A DNA stretch of 64,000 nucleotides from Piedraia hortae CBS 480.64 (GCA_010093745.1 MU005959.1:114270-178269), one strand, 5' to 3'. Positions 13,604-26,300 are shown, counted from the first letter of the stretch. Numbers and translations are program-made. The notes: generated by a model from the letters alone, not told the origin.

Positions 13604-13650
13604 ACAGATTGGCAGATTTGGCAGATTTGGCAGATTTGGCAGATTGACAG
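13604..13650. repeat. 9-bp minisatellite (TTGGCAGAT) x~4
   Basis: acagatt ggcagattt ggcagattt ggcagattt ggcagatt gacag. Confidence 0.9.
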
Positions 13651-13962
13651 ATGATGTTTTGGACTGTCTCAACTTACGTAGTTAGGACTTTCAGCTGGTA
13701 GACTCACACACTGTTGCATACCTAGCGTACCTATTTCGTAGCTACCAACTATACATGAACTAGTCAGCTAGGCATTCTCGTCTTTGCTGCTCAAGAACCC
13801 CCAAGCCTTTCCAGGTACGTGCTGAATAATCCACACCAATAACCATGATCATCCCAATGCTTACGTAAAGATCTGTCCCTGCACAACCGTTTCCCGTTAT
13901 CCGTTGTCGTTGCACCCCACAAAAAAAAAAAAAAAAGATCCGACACAGCAGCTGTCGTAACA

Positions 13963-14883
13963 ATGACAAGCGCGTCAAGCATAAGTCTCACTACAGTCGG
14001 CGCGGTACTGGGGTATTTATACCTCAAGCCGGGGCGACGCAGTTTCGGGTCGCGACTGCTGGCGATCTTACTCGTAGTCGGGACCATCTTCGTCGCTGTC
14101 ATGGACACGCAGCTTTCGCGATTCTACAAGTTCGACCCGGGGGAGCTACATCGTCTCTCACTTTCCGCGCTGGACGCGCACGAAAACAATACAAAAGCTG
14201 TAGTGAGCGCGATCGTGGACGGCCTAAGACGAGACGATTCCCTGCGACCTTATCTCGCGCAAAAGGAAGAGTGGATCCTTAACAATGCTGGAGGTGCCAT
14301 GGGTGCCATGTACATTATTCATGCTAGTGAGTCAATGGACTTTGTTCCTCCCTTGCTTGGACTGACCATTAAGGCATAACCGAGTACCTAATAATTTTCG
14401 GCACAGCAATCGGGACTGAAGGTCATACGGGTCGTCACACGGCGGATGATTACTTTCACATCCTGCACGGGACACAGTACGTTTACTCTCCGACCACGAA
14501 CCCGTATGAGCCAGAGATTTATCGTCCCGGGGATGTGCACCTTCTCCGGAGAGGCGATGTGAAGCAATACTCGATGCGAGATGCCTGCTTTGCGCTTGAG
14601 TACGCCCGCGGGTGGATCCCCGGCATGTTGCCTTTTGGTATGGAGAAATTTCCCCAATCGTTTTGCCAAGACATCACTTCCCTCCCATTCATGCAGGAGA
14701 CTCACAAACCCCAACCCCTCCCAAATCTTGGAGAATCCGCCCACCCATCATTCCGTAAAGTACTAACACAGCACAGGATTCGCCGATACATTCACCAGCA
14801 CGCTGGACATACCGACCCTCCTCTCCACCACTCGCGTAACAGGACGGGAAATGATAGGGAACCTTTTTCTAGGAAAATTCTAG
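13963..14883 (+). CDS. ERG2: C-8 sterol isomerase, 3 exons; introns 14327-14373 and 14638-14776
   Basis: [64 protein letters not shown]; canonical splice sites. Confidence 0.95.
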
Positions 14884-15031
14884 TCGTGAATACCACCCTT
14901 AATGTATATACCTTTCCTTCTAGAATAACCCAACCTATCCTTTCCCCCCGGATAACTATTTTCGTCTCTCCATCGAGTGTACCCCTCCATTCCTCTATCG
15001 TGCACAGCATCCCCCCCTCTGGACTTCCAAA

Positions 15032-16384
15032 TCACATCTCCTTCTCCTTAACACTAAACCTCTCCCCCGGCCAAACCCACCCTCTTATCCTCTTTGCCGC
15101 ACGCTCCTCCTTCACACTTGGCATGGGAAGGTTCTCATCCCTCTGATAATGAAACCGTCTACTCCTCTCTTTCGGAACCGTAACATCCGCCGGACCCTCC
15201 TGGAGGGAGAGATGATACAAATACCAAATCGCCAGTGGGGCGGTCAGCGGAGCATTCAGCGGAGCATCCATCCCAGCGTGATCCTGCCGGGTACCAGCGG
15301 AGTAGTTCACACTCCCCCTCGGTCCGGAAAGACGTGCAGAGCGAACTCCCATACAACCGAATATCGATCCAGAAGAGCCTGAAGTCCGCGAAGCATCCCT
15401 CCCTTTCTCACCCCTCCCTCCCTCCCTCCCCCCCTCCCCAAATCTCACAGCCCCCGCAACATCTAACCCCCCAAACACGCTTCCCCTGTGTGGGAAATTC
15501 CCCCCTCCCCTCCTCAATCTCACAGCCACGGTCTCAACCTCGCTAATCACAAACCCGTACGACGTCCCATGCTGTCTCATAGCATACTGCAGTTCCGCCA
15601 AACCAGCCAAATACCTCCTCTTCTCCGCGTCAGCAGGGGATGAGGGGGAGAACATCCCCGAGTTCCAGGTAAAAAAAGGCTTGACCAACCCTACGAGGAC
15701 GCAGGTGGGTTTGTTTAGGATGTTGAAGTCCCTAGAGGGATGGAGGAGGAGTAGGGATCCTTCGCGCTGGATGGGGATGTTGTGGGGGAGGGTTGCGAGG
15801 ATCGTGGATTGGAGGATCTCTGCAAGATGAGACTCGCTTCGCGGGGTGTATGGCCCGTTTTGGGGTGCAGCAGCCAAGGGGAGGGGAGTTTTCAGCGTTG
15901 GGTTAGGCGGGGGGTTGAAATCCCAGGGACGGATGTTGCGAATGTCGAACCAGAAAGAGCGGGTTTCGGCTTGGGAGGTGGATGGGTTGAGGAGTAGGTT
16001 TATTGTCGGGTTAGGGGCTGTGAGGTGCGTGAGGAGGGTTGGTTGACGGGTGGGTTTGAGGGAGTAGGGTGTCCATCGGGTGGGTTGGGTTCGGGGACGG
16101 ATGCAGCGGTTGGGGAATTGGTAGGTTAGTAGCATGCTTGGGAGGGAAAGGGGGCTTATGGTTCTGAGGGTGGTGGTTGGGGGGGTTGGGTATGACCCTG
16201 AGGAGGTGGTGCATGGGGATGCGCCCGCCGGTGAGTTGTGATGCGATGGACTGTTGGATCTTCGAGGGGGTGTTAAGAGCTGGTCCTGAGCTCGGACTTT
16301 TGGGAGTATGGCTCGGGCTCGGGGAGGTGGAGTGAGATCAGGGGTCCAGCCCCGACGGGTGATATGGTCCGTTGCGGTCGTCAT
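15032..16384 (-). CDS. fungal hypothetical protein (P/S/T-rich N-terminus, globular-looking C-terminal domain)
   Basis: 450-aa ORF with [33 protein letters not shown] and [10 protein letters not shown] motifs that I recall from Pezizomycotina unknown proteins. Confidence 0.7.
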   Translation of the reverse strand: MTTATDHITRRGWTPDLTPPPRARAILPKVRAQDQLLTPPRRSNSPSHHNSPAGASPCTTSSGSYPTPPTTTLRTISPLSLPSMLLTYQFPNRCIRPRTQPTRWTPYSLKPTRQPTLLTHLTAPNPTINLLLNPSTSQAETRSFWFDIRNIRPWDFNPPPNPTLKTPLPLAAAPQNGPYTPRSESHLAEILQSTILATLPHNIPIQREGSLLLLHPSRDFNILNKPTCVLVGLVKPFFTWNSGMFSPSSPADAEKRRYLAGLAELQYAMRQHGTSYGFVISEVETVAVRLRRGGGNFPHRGSVFGGLDVAGAVRFGEGGREGGRGEKGRDASRTSGSSGSIFGCMGVRSARLSGPRGSVNYSAGTRQDHAGMDAPLNAPLTAPLAIWYLYHLSLQEGPADVTVPKERSRRFHYQRDENLPMPSVKEERAAKRIRGWVWPGERFSVKEKEM

Positions 16385-16849
16385 TAGAATGCGTATGGGT
16401 AAAAATTGAGACCGGCTCGTAAGGGAAGAGAATGTAAGTTGTAAGGTTGTATGGAGGAGAGGGCGATTTGTAGGAAGGCGATGCCATGGTAACTGCTTCG
16501 GCGCCTATGCATTGCCGCTTCAGAGAATTTTTTGCAGTGACATGCAAGCGCGTGAGTGAGAAGCGCTCGCTTGTATTTGGACAGTGGACACTTTGAAGGT
16601 TGGACAGGCGCTCACGACGGCGCTTAAAGAGTTTGTGCGACGGCTAATCATACATACAAGAGTGGCGTCTTGGCGCCGGAGAATTTAACCGCCCATCTGC
16701 AACCCCATTAGCAAGCCCAACCATAAAACAGGAGATTGAAAGCAGTCAGAAAGAAAATCATCAACACAATGATTCTGTCCCGTCTTGAAACATATTTTTT
16801 TTGATTTGATTTCATCAAGTGCAGGGAATGGAAGATGCTACTTACCAGT

Positions 16850-17872
16850 TCACTTCAACAAGCCATTCCAGCTCGTTTTTCCACTCTTCTGCTCATCTGA
16901 CCTCCCCTTCTCCGTCAGAGTATTACCTCCCTTCTCCAGCAGAGAACCATCCCCCTTCTTTTTAGGCTTCAACTCAAACAACCACGTCGTCCCAAACTGA
17001 AACCTCCTCTCCCTGACAACCTCCATCCCCGTCCTCTCCGCAGCGAGTCTCACCAACTCCCCAATGTCCCTATTAAACCAACACCCATGCACCTCCGCAT
17101 GCCTCTCCGCCGCATTGTCCAGCACATTATTAAGCCACGGCAAATAACTCCTCCCATGCTCCAACAAAAAAACCCTCGCCTCCGGATTCTCCGTATCAAG
17201 ACATCCAACCATATTCTCAAGTAACCTCACCGGCTCAGCCGTCGAGCAAAGCCCCATTGTCTGCAAAATCGTATCGTACTTCCTCCCTCCCGGCGGTGGC
17301 GGCATATCCCCCAACGCGGAGCCCGTCACAAACCTAACCACAAACCCCGGATCAAGATGCTTCTTCTTCCCATGCAAAGCGAGCCATTTCCTCTTACAAA
17401 CCGCCACCATCTGCGGGCTGAGATCGACGAGGGTAAGGGATTTTACCTTCCCGCCTTTAGAGACGTCGTAGTAGCCTAGATTCCGTCCCGTGCCGCAGCT
17501 GACTTCGAGGACGTTGCCCCAGCATCTCTGGGTGAGGTGTTTACGTTTCGCGTTGATGCGCATCAGGACTTCGCTGATGCCGACTTCGGTGTCGAAGTTT
17601 TCTGCTGTATCTTCATACCGTGCTGCGACGTCTTTTTGGGAGGAGAGGTGTTTGATCTCCGGGTTGTGGCATGGTTGGCGGACGAGGTTGTAGAGTTGAG
17701 CGGCGTAGAGGCCGAGACTGAGGGAGAGGAGGGAGAAGACGAAGTGGGCGGGGCGGATGGTAGGGTGTCCAGGAGTCTTGGGCAGTTCCTGTTTCGGGAT
17801 AGGATTTGTTCCGCCGGGTCGAGAGATACCTGACGACCAGCGCAGGCCACGGGATACATGTCGAGTGAGCAT
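16850..17872 (-). CDS. OMS1: mitochondrial SAM-dependent methyltransferase, OMS1-like
   Basis: VLEVSCGTGRN, YDTILQTMGLCS, LLEHGRS, HGCWFNRDI; N-terminal presequence plus TM segment. Confidence 0.8.
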   Translation of the reverse strand: MLTRHVSRGLRWSSGISRPGGTNPIPKQELPKTPGHPTIRPAHFVFSLLSLSLGLYAAQLYNLVRQPCHNPEIKHLSSQKDVAARYEDTAENFDTEVGISEVLMRINAKRKHLTQRCWGNVLEVSCGTGRNLGYYDVSKGGKVKSLTLVDLSPQMVAVCKRKWLALHGKKKHLDPGFVVRFVTGSALGDMPPPPGGRKYDTILQTMGLCSTAEPVRLLENMVGCLDTENPEARVFLLEHGRSYLPWLNNVLDNAAERHAEVHGCWFNRDIGELVRLAAERTGMEVVRERRFQFGTTWLFELKPKKKGDGSLLEKGGNTLTEKGRSDEQKSGKTSWNGLLK

Positions 17873-17975
17873 GGGAGGATGATGACCAACCCTAAGGGTT
17901 TGACTGCTGCAACTCCACCTTTCGGTAGATGGAGGTGGGTTGTAGATAGGCTTGATGGTAGATAGTCGCTTCGCA

Positions 17976-19307
17976 ATGAGTACGCCCTCTTCTATTGTTG
18001 TTGTTGGTTCCGGCGTCTTTGGTCTCAGTACCGCAAAGGCGTTGACTGAGAGGGACGAGTATAAAAACTCGACAATTACCGTGCTGGAACGGCTGGAGTT
18101 CCCAGCTGTGGATGGATCCAGCGTTGATAGCTCCCGTATTGTACGGGCTGATTATGCTGATGAAGCCTACGCTCGACTGATGAACGAGGCTCATCCGATT
18201 TGGCGTGGAGAGTTTGGGGCAGATGGCCGTTACTCGGAAAACGGACTCTGTATAGTTAGTGGTAAAGCCTCCAGTGGGGAAGAGGCGCTATATCTTGAAA
18301 AGGCACTCGAAAGCCTGAGGGACGGTCTCGGTCTGAAGATTGGGAAGAAGGAGGATGGGGATCAAGTAGAGGTACTGGATAGCCCAGAGGATGTAAAGAG
18401 AGCCATGCATGGAATGGGCGGAGACTGCGGCAAACGGGGCTACATCAACTGGACGGCAGGCTGGGCGAACGCTGAAGAAGGCGTTCGACATATGCGTCGA
18501 CTTATTGAAAAGACTGGACGGGTCGAATTTCGTCAAGCAGAAGTCACTCGCCTCGAGTTCAGCAACGGCTTAGTTCAGAAAATATGCCTCGCCAACGGAG
18601 AGCCATTGACAGCGGACCTCTTCATCTTAGCCACCGGGGCTTGGACACCCAAATTGATCGACCTCACCGGCATTGCAACCGCCACTGGTCAATGTCTTGC
18701 TTACATCGAGCTCACCTCCGATGAGCAGGCTCGACTAGGTGACAGTCCAACCTTGCTATGCGAGGACAATGGGATTTACATTCTCCCTCCGCGGAACAAC
18801 ATCTTGAAAATCGCACGTCACGGCTATGGATACGCAAATCCCATTGAGATTCCCCATCCTGAGCTTGAAGGAAAAACGTTGACCGTATCCCTTCCAAGAA
18901 CTACGCAGGATAATCCTGACCTTTCCATTCCGCCCGAGGGCTCAAATGAGCTCCGTGATTACATGGTTAAATGCATGCCGTTCCTGGCGAACCGGCCGTG
19001 GAAACGTACCAGAATCTGCTGGTACACTGACACAAAGCTAGGTGACTTCTTGGTTGACTACCACCCAAAGTACAGCAACCTTTTTGTGGCCACGGCAGGA
19101 AACGGACACGGTTACAAATTCCTGCCGGTCATAGGAGAGCGGATAGTGGACATTATCCAACGCAAAGACAGGGACGAGTTGGGGGCAAAGTTGAGGAAGA
19201 AATGGCGGTGGGGTGGAGCGAGGCCCGATGAGAACCTCGTATGGACCGAGGACTGGAGAGGTGGACAAAAGGGAATGATTCTTGATGATGAACTGGCCAA
19301 AAAGTAG
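17976..19307 (+). CDS. FAD-dependent oxidoreductase (MSOX/L-pipecolate/fructosyl-amine oxidase family)
   Basis: IVVVGSGVFGLSTA Rossmann motif, DSSRIVRADY, RICWYTDT, GNGHGYKFLP. Confidence 0.88.
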   Translation: MSTPSSIVVVGSGVFGLSTAKALTERDEYKNSTITVLERLEFPAVDGSSVDSSRIVRADYADEAYARLMNEAHPIWRGEFGADGRYSENGLCIVSGKASSGEEALYLEKALESLRDGLGLKIGKKEDGDQVEVLDSPEDVKRAMHGMGGDCGKRGYINWTAGWANAEEGVRHMRRLIEKTGRVEFRQAEVTRLEFSNGLVQKICLANGEPLTADLFILATGAWTPKLIDLTGIATATGQCLAYIELTSDEQARLGDSPTLLCEDNGIYILPPRNNILKIARHGYGYANPIEIPHPELEGKTLTVSLPRTTQDNPDLSIPPEGSNELRDYMVKCMPFLANRPWKRTRICWYTDTKLGDFLVDYHPKYSNLFVATAGNGHGYKFLPVIGERIVDIIQRKDRDELGAKLRKKWRWGGARPDENLVWTEDWRGGQKGMILDDELAKK

Positions 19308-19482
19308 ATTGAGAGTTAAATTCAGTGATACTTTACACCCTGGGTATCATACAAAAAGGCCTTAGGAGTACACAATGAGATAAACTTGAACACAAGCTGC
19401 ATAAACGCTTTCTGACAACCATCTGGGTTCTCCGTCGGTGCTACACTCTAGTGTTGGTACACATATTGATGTTGGTACAGTA

Positions 19483-20723
19483 TCAGTAGTCGTCAAACAT
19501 GGTTTCGAGGTCTTCCACTTCAATGTTTTCTGGTGACTCCAAGTTGAACAAGTCCTTGGGGAGCTGTGATCCACGGTTGCCTCTGCATGGCGAAAAGGTA
19601 CTCTGGGGGACAAGAATGGGACTGCAGGGGTTCGACATGGACAATGGCAGCATGGGCCTGTGACTTTCGGGCTGGCCGAAAAGCGTCGCGTCAAAGTCGT
19701 GCTTGTACATGTCATCTGGCTCAGCGGGGGGAAGAAAGGGCTCGGTGCCATCCACCAGTGCAATGTCAGGCTCCAAGCGACGCAGATTTCTCGCCAATTG
19801 CGCCCGTTCGTGGCACTTGTTTGCCGTTTGTCTGAAGTCGTGCTCCTCCCGCTCCAGCGGCGGGCTCCCAACTCGGTGATGTGACATGCTTGACGAGCGT
19901 GACAAGCTGTTTACCGAGCTGCGTGCCGAAAAGTAGGCAGTGGGGGGCGCAGATATATCTTCTTCGTTGTCGTCGTCAAGCTGCGGCGTGCACAGCTCAA
20001 TTTCCGGAGACGGGGACATGACTTCGCGGCTCCGACGGCCCTCCGAGGACTCGTCCTCGACCCCCGATGACGAGGACAACGAGGGTGAAATTGTCGAAGG
20101 TTTGCAGAGCGGCTCTGCATCCACAGGAAGAGGCTGACGAGGCAGGGTGGTGAGGTAGAAATACAGCCTGCGCGGATGCACGAGCGAGAGGTCTTTTGCC
20201 AGCGGACAGGGACTCATTGCTGGCCATGGTCGATTGATATAAGACGTCAGACGCGACGCGATCAATGCCGAAGGATTTGTGGACCTGTAACGAGTCAGCA
20301 GAGCATTTGCGACAGGATGCGATGGACGCACTTTGCGACGGCAGGAATATTCGTGGCCAGAACCTGCGCCAACTGCCTCACAAGCAGCGGTCGGTTGGCG
20401 CGCAGCTCCAGCTGGCGGATGACGGCGACGACGATGTCGTCGTTGATGCCGTCAATGTCAACCGTGTGGCTGGTCATGGCTAGCGGCGACAGTGGTGGCG
20501 ACAGTTCGGCGCCCGCCGTCTGTTGCTTTTCGCTCTTGACGCGGATGGACATGAGATACTGTGACGGCCGGTCGCCATGCGACCGTTTGGCCCGTTTGAG
20601 GTGCGGCTCCTGGTCGGGGCCGATCGCGTGAGAAGGCTGCGACTCGGCACGGCTGCGCTTCGGCGGAGCCACGACGCCCAGCTCAACCAGCGATAGCGAC
20701 TTGCGTCGCGTGTTGTAAGGCAT
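19483..20723 (-). CDS. GDS1-like winged-helix protein, 2 exons; intron 20285-20331
   Basis: MPYNTRRKSLSL start, GINDDIVVAVIRQLE, spliced VAK|STNPSALIASRL, HPRRLYFYLTT, C-terminal SPENIEVEDL. Confidence 0.75.
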
Positions 20724-21349
20724 TGGAGGTAGGAAGGAGCGGACTATTATAATATTATTATGGTGGTGTGCAAAGTCAAGCTGAAGGGGTGAAACGAGAG
20801 CGGGTGGTAGGAGGCGTCGGCGTCATCCCTCGCTTTGCCCCCCTTCCCCCCCCCCCCCCGGGAAAACTAATATATGCAAGCTCCTTGCGGCGTCTGGCCA
20901 ATCGCCAACCGTTATTCGCGCTCCCGTTGGCGTTAACCAATCTGCCCTGTTAATGTTTAAACGTTCACCCGTCATGAGTGGCCGAAGCTAGTAGCCTCGG
21001 TAGCCAATCATTTGCCGTTGAACCAACCAGGCGAGCTTTCACCTCAGCTCTAGAGCTATATGGAAGCTACCAGACATGGACTCCAGTGATGTCAGTCCAC
21101 TCTCTCTTTCTTCCGTAGCAATCGTTGCACAGAAGAACAGGTCTGTTCAATCATTGTCTTTCACCCAACTGTGCCACATCAAACGAGTCTTCTCTGAAAG
21201 GAGATGGCAACATTCGTGATTTGCATCTTTGCACACACGTTCGCTTTTCTTTGCCTTTCACAACTTGCCCGTCTTCAGCAAAGTTCTCATTGTTCTCTCC
21301 CACGCCATGACATGTTATAACGATGCCGCTGGATAGATGGTTTAACTTT

Positions 21350-21933
21350 AGATGACGAGTCAGACGAATCTTATAACGATGATTCCAGCGAAATCACTGC
21401 TTGTGATGTTGGAGTTGAGGATCAAGGCCTTTCTGCCGAGGATTTGAATGAAACACCAGATACAGGAGAGGACGAGATTGAAGAGACTGAGGAACAAGAA
21501 GCAGATTACAGTCCTCTCGACAGCAGAGATGCTTCAGAAGGTCCTGTGCCAAGTTCTCATGATAAAGATGACGAGAACCGTGAGACTAGCAATAACTTGG
21601 ATGCTGGAGACGACCAAGATGACAACTCTACTCCCAGTGAAGATGGTGATGAGGATATATCGCCATCAGATCAGACTCAATATATGCTCGGGAGGTCGAC
21701 GAGGATCACAACTCAGATCCCCAGTCCAGCGAGGATGACGTGAAGGCAAATCAGTTGAATGCTCGAGCTCTTGAGGCCGAATCAAGTGAAAACGTCAATG
21801 ATGATGCCACCGTGAATGAAGACAATCACGGCGAGGCAAGCTTTGACGAAGCTGAGCCTGAAGAGGAGTCTAATGAACAGTGCGCGCTCCATTCTTTATG
21901 TCGTCGATGCCACTAACACCTTTTCACAGGTAA
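21350..21933 (+). pseudogene. highly acidic (D/E-rich) coding sequence with an apparent frameshift near 21670; terminal intron 21880-21929
   Basis: Two D/E-rich frames hand over near 21670; TTAAC...TTAG acceptor-like site at ~21350; GTGCGC...CTAAC...CAG intron followed by TAA; start not identified. Confidence 0.5.
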
Positions 21934-22275
21934 CCACATGAATTCCATCCAACGATCATGTCTTCCAGACAAACTCTCACATGCAGCCAGACTCAAAGAT
22001 GTTTGAAGATCAATGTTTCTAGAACCGATATTCACAATTAATAGATTCTCTGCTCTTACACATGTAATTGCCGCTTGAATACGAACGCCTTGACCGGGAT
22101 ATTGCCGTCTGCCTTGGAATCTAATCGCACTGCATCTCAACCGTTTGAAGTCGGTGTGTTACAACAGATTTAGAATTAGGGATGGCGCATAAACGCATGC
22201 AGCCAATGCAAGATGAATGCAAGATTCAGGACAGCTGCACAACCCAAAAGCCTGCTATATACGACTCTATATCAT

Positions 22276-23226
22276 TCAGTAATTGTAAAAGCCCTTGCCA
22301 GACTTCTTCCCTAGCCAACCAGCATCAACCATCTGTCGCAGACGTACACTGGGGCGGTATTTGCTATCGCCAAGCTGGGTGTGCAGCACCTCCATGATAG
22401 CCAAACACGTGTCGAGGCCAATGAAATCGGCAAGCTGCAGGGGGCCCATTGGCACGTTTGTGCCATTTTTCATGATGCTATCGATATCGCTCTCGCGACC
22501 GACGCCTGTCTCGAGACAGATGATTGCCTCGTTGATATAAGGCATTAGGATGCGGTTGGCAAGGAAACCCGGTGAGTCGGCCGACTGCGATGGGATTTTG
22601 CCCATGCGTTTGCAAAACTCCACCGCGGTTTCGAGCGTTTCCGGGCTCGTTTGCAGGCCTGAGATAATCTCCACCCCCTTCTGCACGGGCACCGGGTTCA
22701 TGAAGTGTGTGCTGACAACCCGGCTTGGCGCGGATAGATCCGTGGGGTCTTCGGTTGTTGCACGAGCTAGCAGCGTGATTGAGATGGAAGATGTGTTGGT
22801 TGCAAGGATCGCATGAGGCGGGCAAATACGTGCTAGCTGGGCAAAGAGGGATTTTTTGAGATCCACAATTTCGGGAACGGCCTCAATGACCATGTCAACG
22901 TCTTTGAGCTCGTCCATTGAAGTGGTCGGATAGAGACGTCCCCGCGTGTCATCCGCTTCGGATTGAGTGATTTTGTTCTTGCCGACATCCTTGGCCAATA
23001 GTTTTTCTGCAAATGATAGACCTTTATCTAGGCTTTTGGAGGAGTTGTCAACCACCGTGACCGGCACTTTGGCCATTCGTGATGCCACCAGGGCTATTCC
23101 CAGACCCATCTGACCTGCCCCCACGACACCGACTTTCTTCACCTCTGCCGCAGCTAGGGAAGAGCTTTGGCTAAAGGCACGTCGGCCGCATTGGGAAAGC
23201 ACCCGCGCACTGCGTAGGCTTTGCAT
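22276..23226 (-). CDS. 3-hydroxybutyryl-CoA dehydrogenase (3-hydroxyacyl-CoA DH family), mitochondrial
   Basis: VGVVGAGQMGLGIA, EAVPE, ATNTSSISI, HFMNPVP, PMGPLQLADFIGLD, LGKKSGKGFY. Confidence 0.93.
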   Translation of the reverse strand: MQSLRSARVLSQCGRRAFSQSSSLAAAEVKKVGVVGAGQMGLGIALVASRMAKVPVTVVDNSSKSLDKGLSFAEKLLAKDVGKNKITQSEADDTRGRLYPTTSMDELKDVDMVIEAVPEIVDLKKSLFAQLARICPPHAILATNTSSISITLLARATTEDPTDLSAPSRVVSTHFMNPVPVQKGVEIISGLQTSPETLETAVEFCKRMGKIPSQSADSPGFLANRILMPYINEAIICLETGVGRESDIDSIMKNGTNVPMGPLQLADFIGLDTCLAIMEVLHTQLGDSKYRPSVRLRQMVDAGWLGKKSGKGFYNY

Positions 23227-23307
23227 TTTGGTGGTACCGAAGAGTCTGAATGCCGAACCGAACTTCGGAGGTTGGACCCTAATTTGGTCAGGGAAGGTTT
23301 GCCGAGT

Positions 23308-23372
23308 CTCGCGTCGGAGTCGCGTCACGACGCGGCGCCCCACGACGCGGCGCCCTAATTACAAGCGCGTCT
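23308..23372. promoter_or_regulatory. MCB-like CGCG cluster with a perfect 15-bp direct duplication upstream of TOF1
   Basis: CACGACGCGGCGCCC at 23326-23340 and 23341-23355; CGCGT at 23310, 23321, 23366. Confidence 0.6.
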
Positions 23373-23387
23373 TTTTGGGTCTTTGAC

Positions 23388-26300
23388 ATGGCTGAGATAT
23401 GGGAGCAAAGTGGAACAGTTGATCCAGAGGTTCGCGCATATGTACAGTCACTGTGCAATGCTGTAGGTGGTAGTTCCACCGTAGACGACACTTATGCTGT
23501 TGGCGACGATGCTCTTGCTGCACTCAATGACATTCTCCGATGGCTCAGGCTTTACGATGAGAAGCTTTCCAGATACGACGTCAAGCGCTGCTTGGCAGAA
23601 GCCAATTTGCTCAAAGGAGATCTTCTTGAAATATTAGCTCTGTGGCCCGAAGAATTGCAGGACAACAAACTCAAAGCCAAGCTTGCGCTATCATGCCTTC
23701 AGCTCATGGTCCCGCTGACCTGGCCTTTGGAACTGGAAGACGAGAAGACGACGGTGAACCATGCAAGACATATGCCCTATCTCCAACTCGCCCAGGTTGG
23801 CTACAAGCGCGCAATACTCCAGTACGAGCATGCAAGCATTTTACGAACGATAGTGCGGATTGGGCTCCCAGCAATGACGGTGGAAAGAAGAGATCGAAGT
23901 GCTCGCGATGAGAGCATAATCAAACTGGTTTTGTACTTGTTTCGAAACATAGCCGTCATCACCCAACCGCAGATGCTGCCTTCTTTGGGAGATGAGAATG
24001 AGATCAGCCGTTCGGCCACCATCGAGGCCTTTGCAGAACAGGATGTATTTAACTTACTCCTGACAATTGGATCTGGAATTGGCGACGAATTTCAGGATCA
24101 GGATGTCATACTACTAGAGATTTTATTCCACCTCGTCAAAGGCGTAGACCCGTCGAAACTCTTCGTGCCAAGTCGACAACTGCAGTCTGATGGGGCGGAA
24201 GAACTCCGATCGTTGATGCGAAAAGAAAAGGCAATGCACCAAGGTTACAACAAGACTGCCCCCAGTCGACACCATCGCTTTGGGACCATGATATGGGTCA
24301 AACGTGATGACACAAAGCTTTCCACTGTATCCGGTCAGCAAGGTCTAGCGGGCCCAGAGGCAACTCTGCAGCAAATGGATGCCAGCAAAAAGTGGAATAA
24401 GCCAAAATACCGTGGCAAAGTGGTTGAGGCCAGTGAGCTCATGGAGTTCGACGTGCCTGTTAATCTTACAGAAAAGGCTCGAGCGCTGCTACGCAATTTT
24501 GTGGCAGATTTCGTAGATTCGTCATTCAATCCTCTCTTCTCCAGTTTGCGCAAGGCCATTGAACGTGAAATGGAGCGTGTGGGTGATACCCATCAACGAC
24601 AATACCTTTACCTCATCCACTGGCTTCTCCGCGCCGAAGCCTCGCGGCGTGAACAAACACCACCATCACAAGGACAGGAAAACGCTTTCACTCACATTGC
24701 AGCTGTTCTGGACCAGGAAACTTTTGTTCTCATCAATCGGCATATGCAAAGGGCGTTGGACGAAAAAGCTTGGCACGACCTCCAAGCAACACTCATGGCC
24801 TTTACTCAAATCCTGCTCACCGTGCAAGCGGTAGCGGCGAGTGGAGACGAGGGCGACGAAGAGATCGCTGAAAACATACAGCAGCGAATCTTCTACGAAG
24901 AGTCCACGCACGACCGCATCGTGCAAATCTTACGCGGCTATTCAAACCAGTCATTCGGCTACCTCGATGCTGTCACAGAATGCGCGCACGTCTTTGTGCG
25001 TATGCTGGAGCGATACAGCAAGCAGAATGTGGACCTTCAAATCCGCAGCAAGCGCCGAGTTCATAAAAAGAAAGCCACCAACAACAACGCGGACCAGCAG
25101 CAGCCCGCCGGTTCAGACGAAGAGCGAGAAGCGCATCAAACTATCAAAGAAAGGCAATTCGATTTTGCCCGCTTCAGTGCGAAGCTAATGTCCCAAGGCT
25201 GCGTCGACACCTTCATCAAACTAACCGGCTACTACAATGAACTCACCCCCGAGCAACTGAAACGCTGCCACCGCTACTTCTACCGCCTAGCCTTTAAACA
25301 CGACCTCGCCCTCCTCCTCTTCCGCGTCGACATCCTCCAACTCTTCTACCGCATGATAAAAAGCCAACAGCCCCTCGGCGGAGACACCTCTCGTGAATGG
25401 GAGCAACTCATCCGCCAAATCTTCCGCCAATGCATCAAATGGCTAACCAAATCTGACGACAACTGGAAAGAAATGTGCATCGTGGAAATGTTATTCAGCA
25501 AAATACCAGGCTACACGCACTATCTCCAAACCGGAGAAGCAAAAGTCATCGAAAAACGCACCCCGCGGGCCCCTGCCCAAGTAGAATTCAAACCCAACGT
25601 CGACGAAGAGCAAAAAATTCCCATAGCTGTTAGCCTCTTACTCGAAAAATCTCAAGACTCTCTCACCTGGTTAAAGAAGGAGCTAAAACAAGCCATCCTT
25701 ACCAAAAGCGAAAGCGGCGCGATGATTTTCCTTGTTCCTGACAACGAAGAGCGGAAATCAGCTCTGTTCAGAAATAAACATCTCCGTCTACTGTTATCAA
25801 CCATAGGAGTCGAGCGTGTGGGTGAGAAAGACGATGCGGATGCGAATTGGATTATTCCTGGAGAGATTTCCGCCGCCAAACTTGAGGGGATTGTGAAAAG
25901 TATTGAAAGAGCAGAATTCGACCCACCTTCGGTCGAGACGGAGGACGTTTTACGGAATCAACGCGCACGCAAGGATGTTGTTTCCTCAACCTCCCCCTCC
26001 CTCTCTGACGATGAAGAGGAGGGACACATGTTTCCCGATAACCTCCCCGACACGTCACAACGACCTACTAAACGCCGGAAGCTGGAGATCAGGACACGTC
26101 ATTCAGTAGAAGAAGAAACAGCGAAAGAGAGGGCTGATGAGAGGAAGAGGAGGGAAAAGGAACGGAGAAGTAGGATTAAATCGGCGCTTTATGTTACCGC
26201 GTCGGATGATGAGGACGATGAGGAGGCTGATAAAGAGTTTTTTAGACTAGAGGAGGAGAGGAGAAAGAGGTATATTAAAGAGATGGGCGCTGCTGCTGCA

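Noticed and set aside
13604..13650. Repeat array as CRISPR-like
   Set aside because: Contiguous 9-bp units with no spacers, in a eukaryotic context
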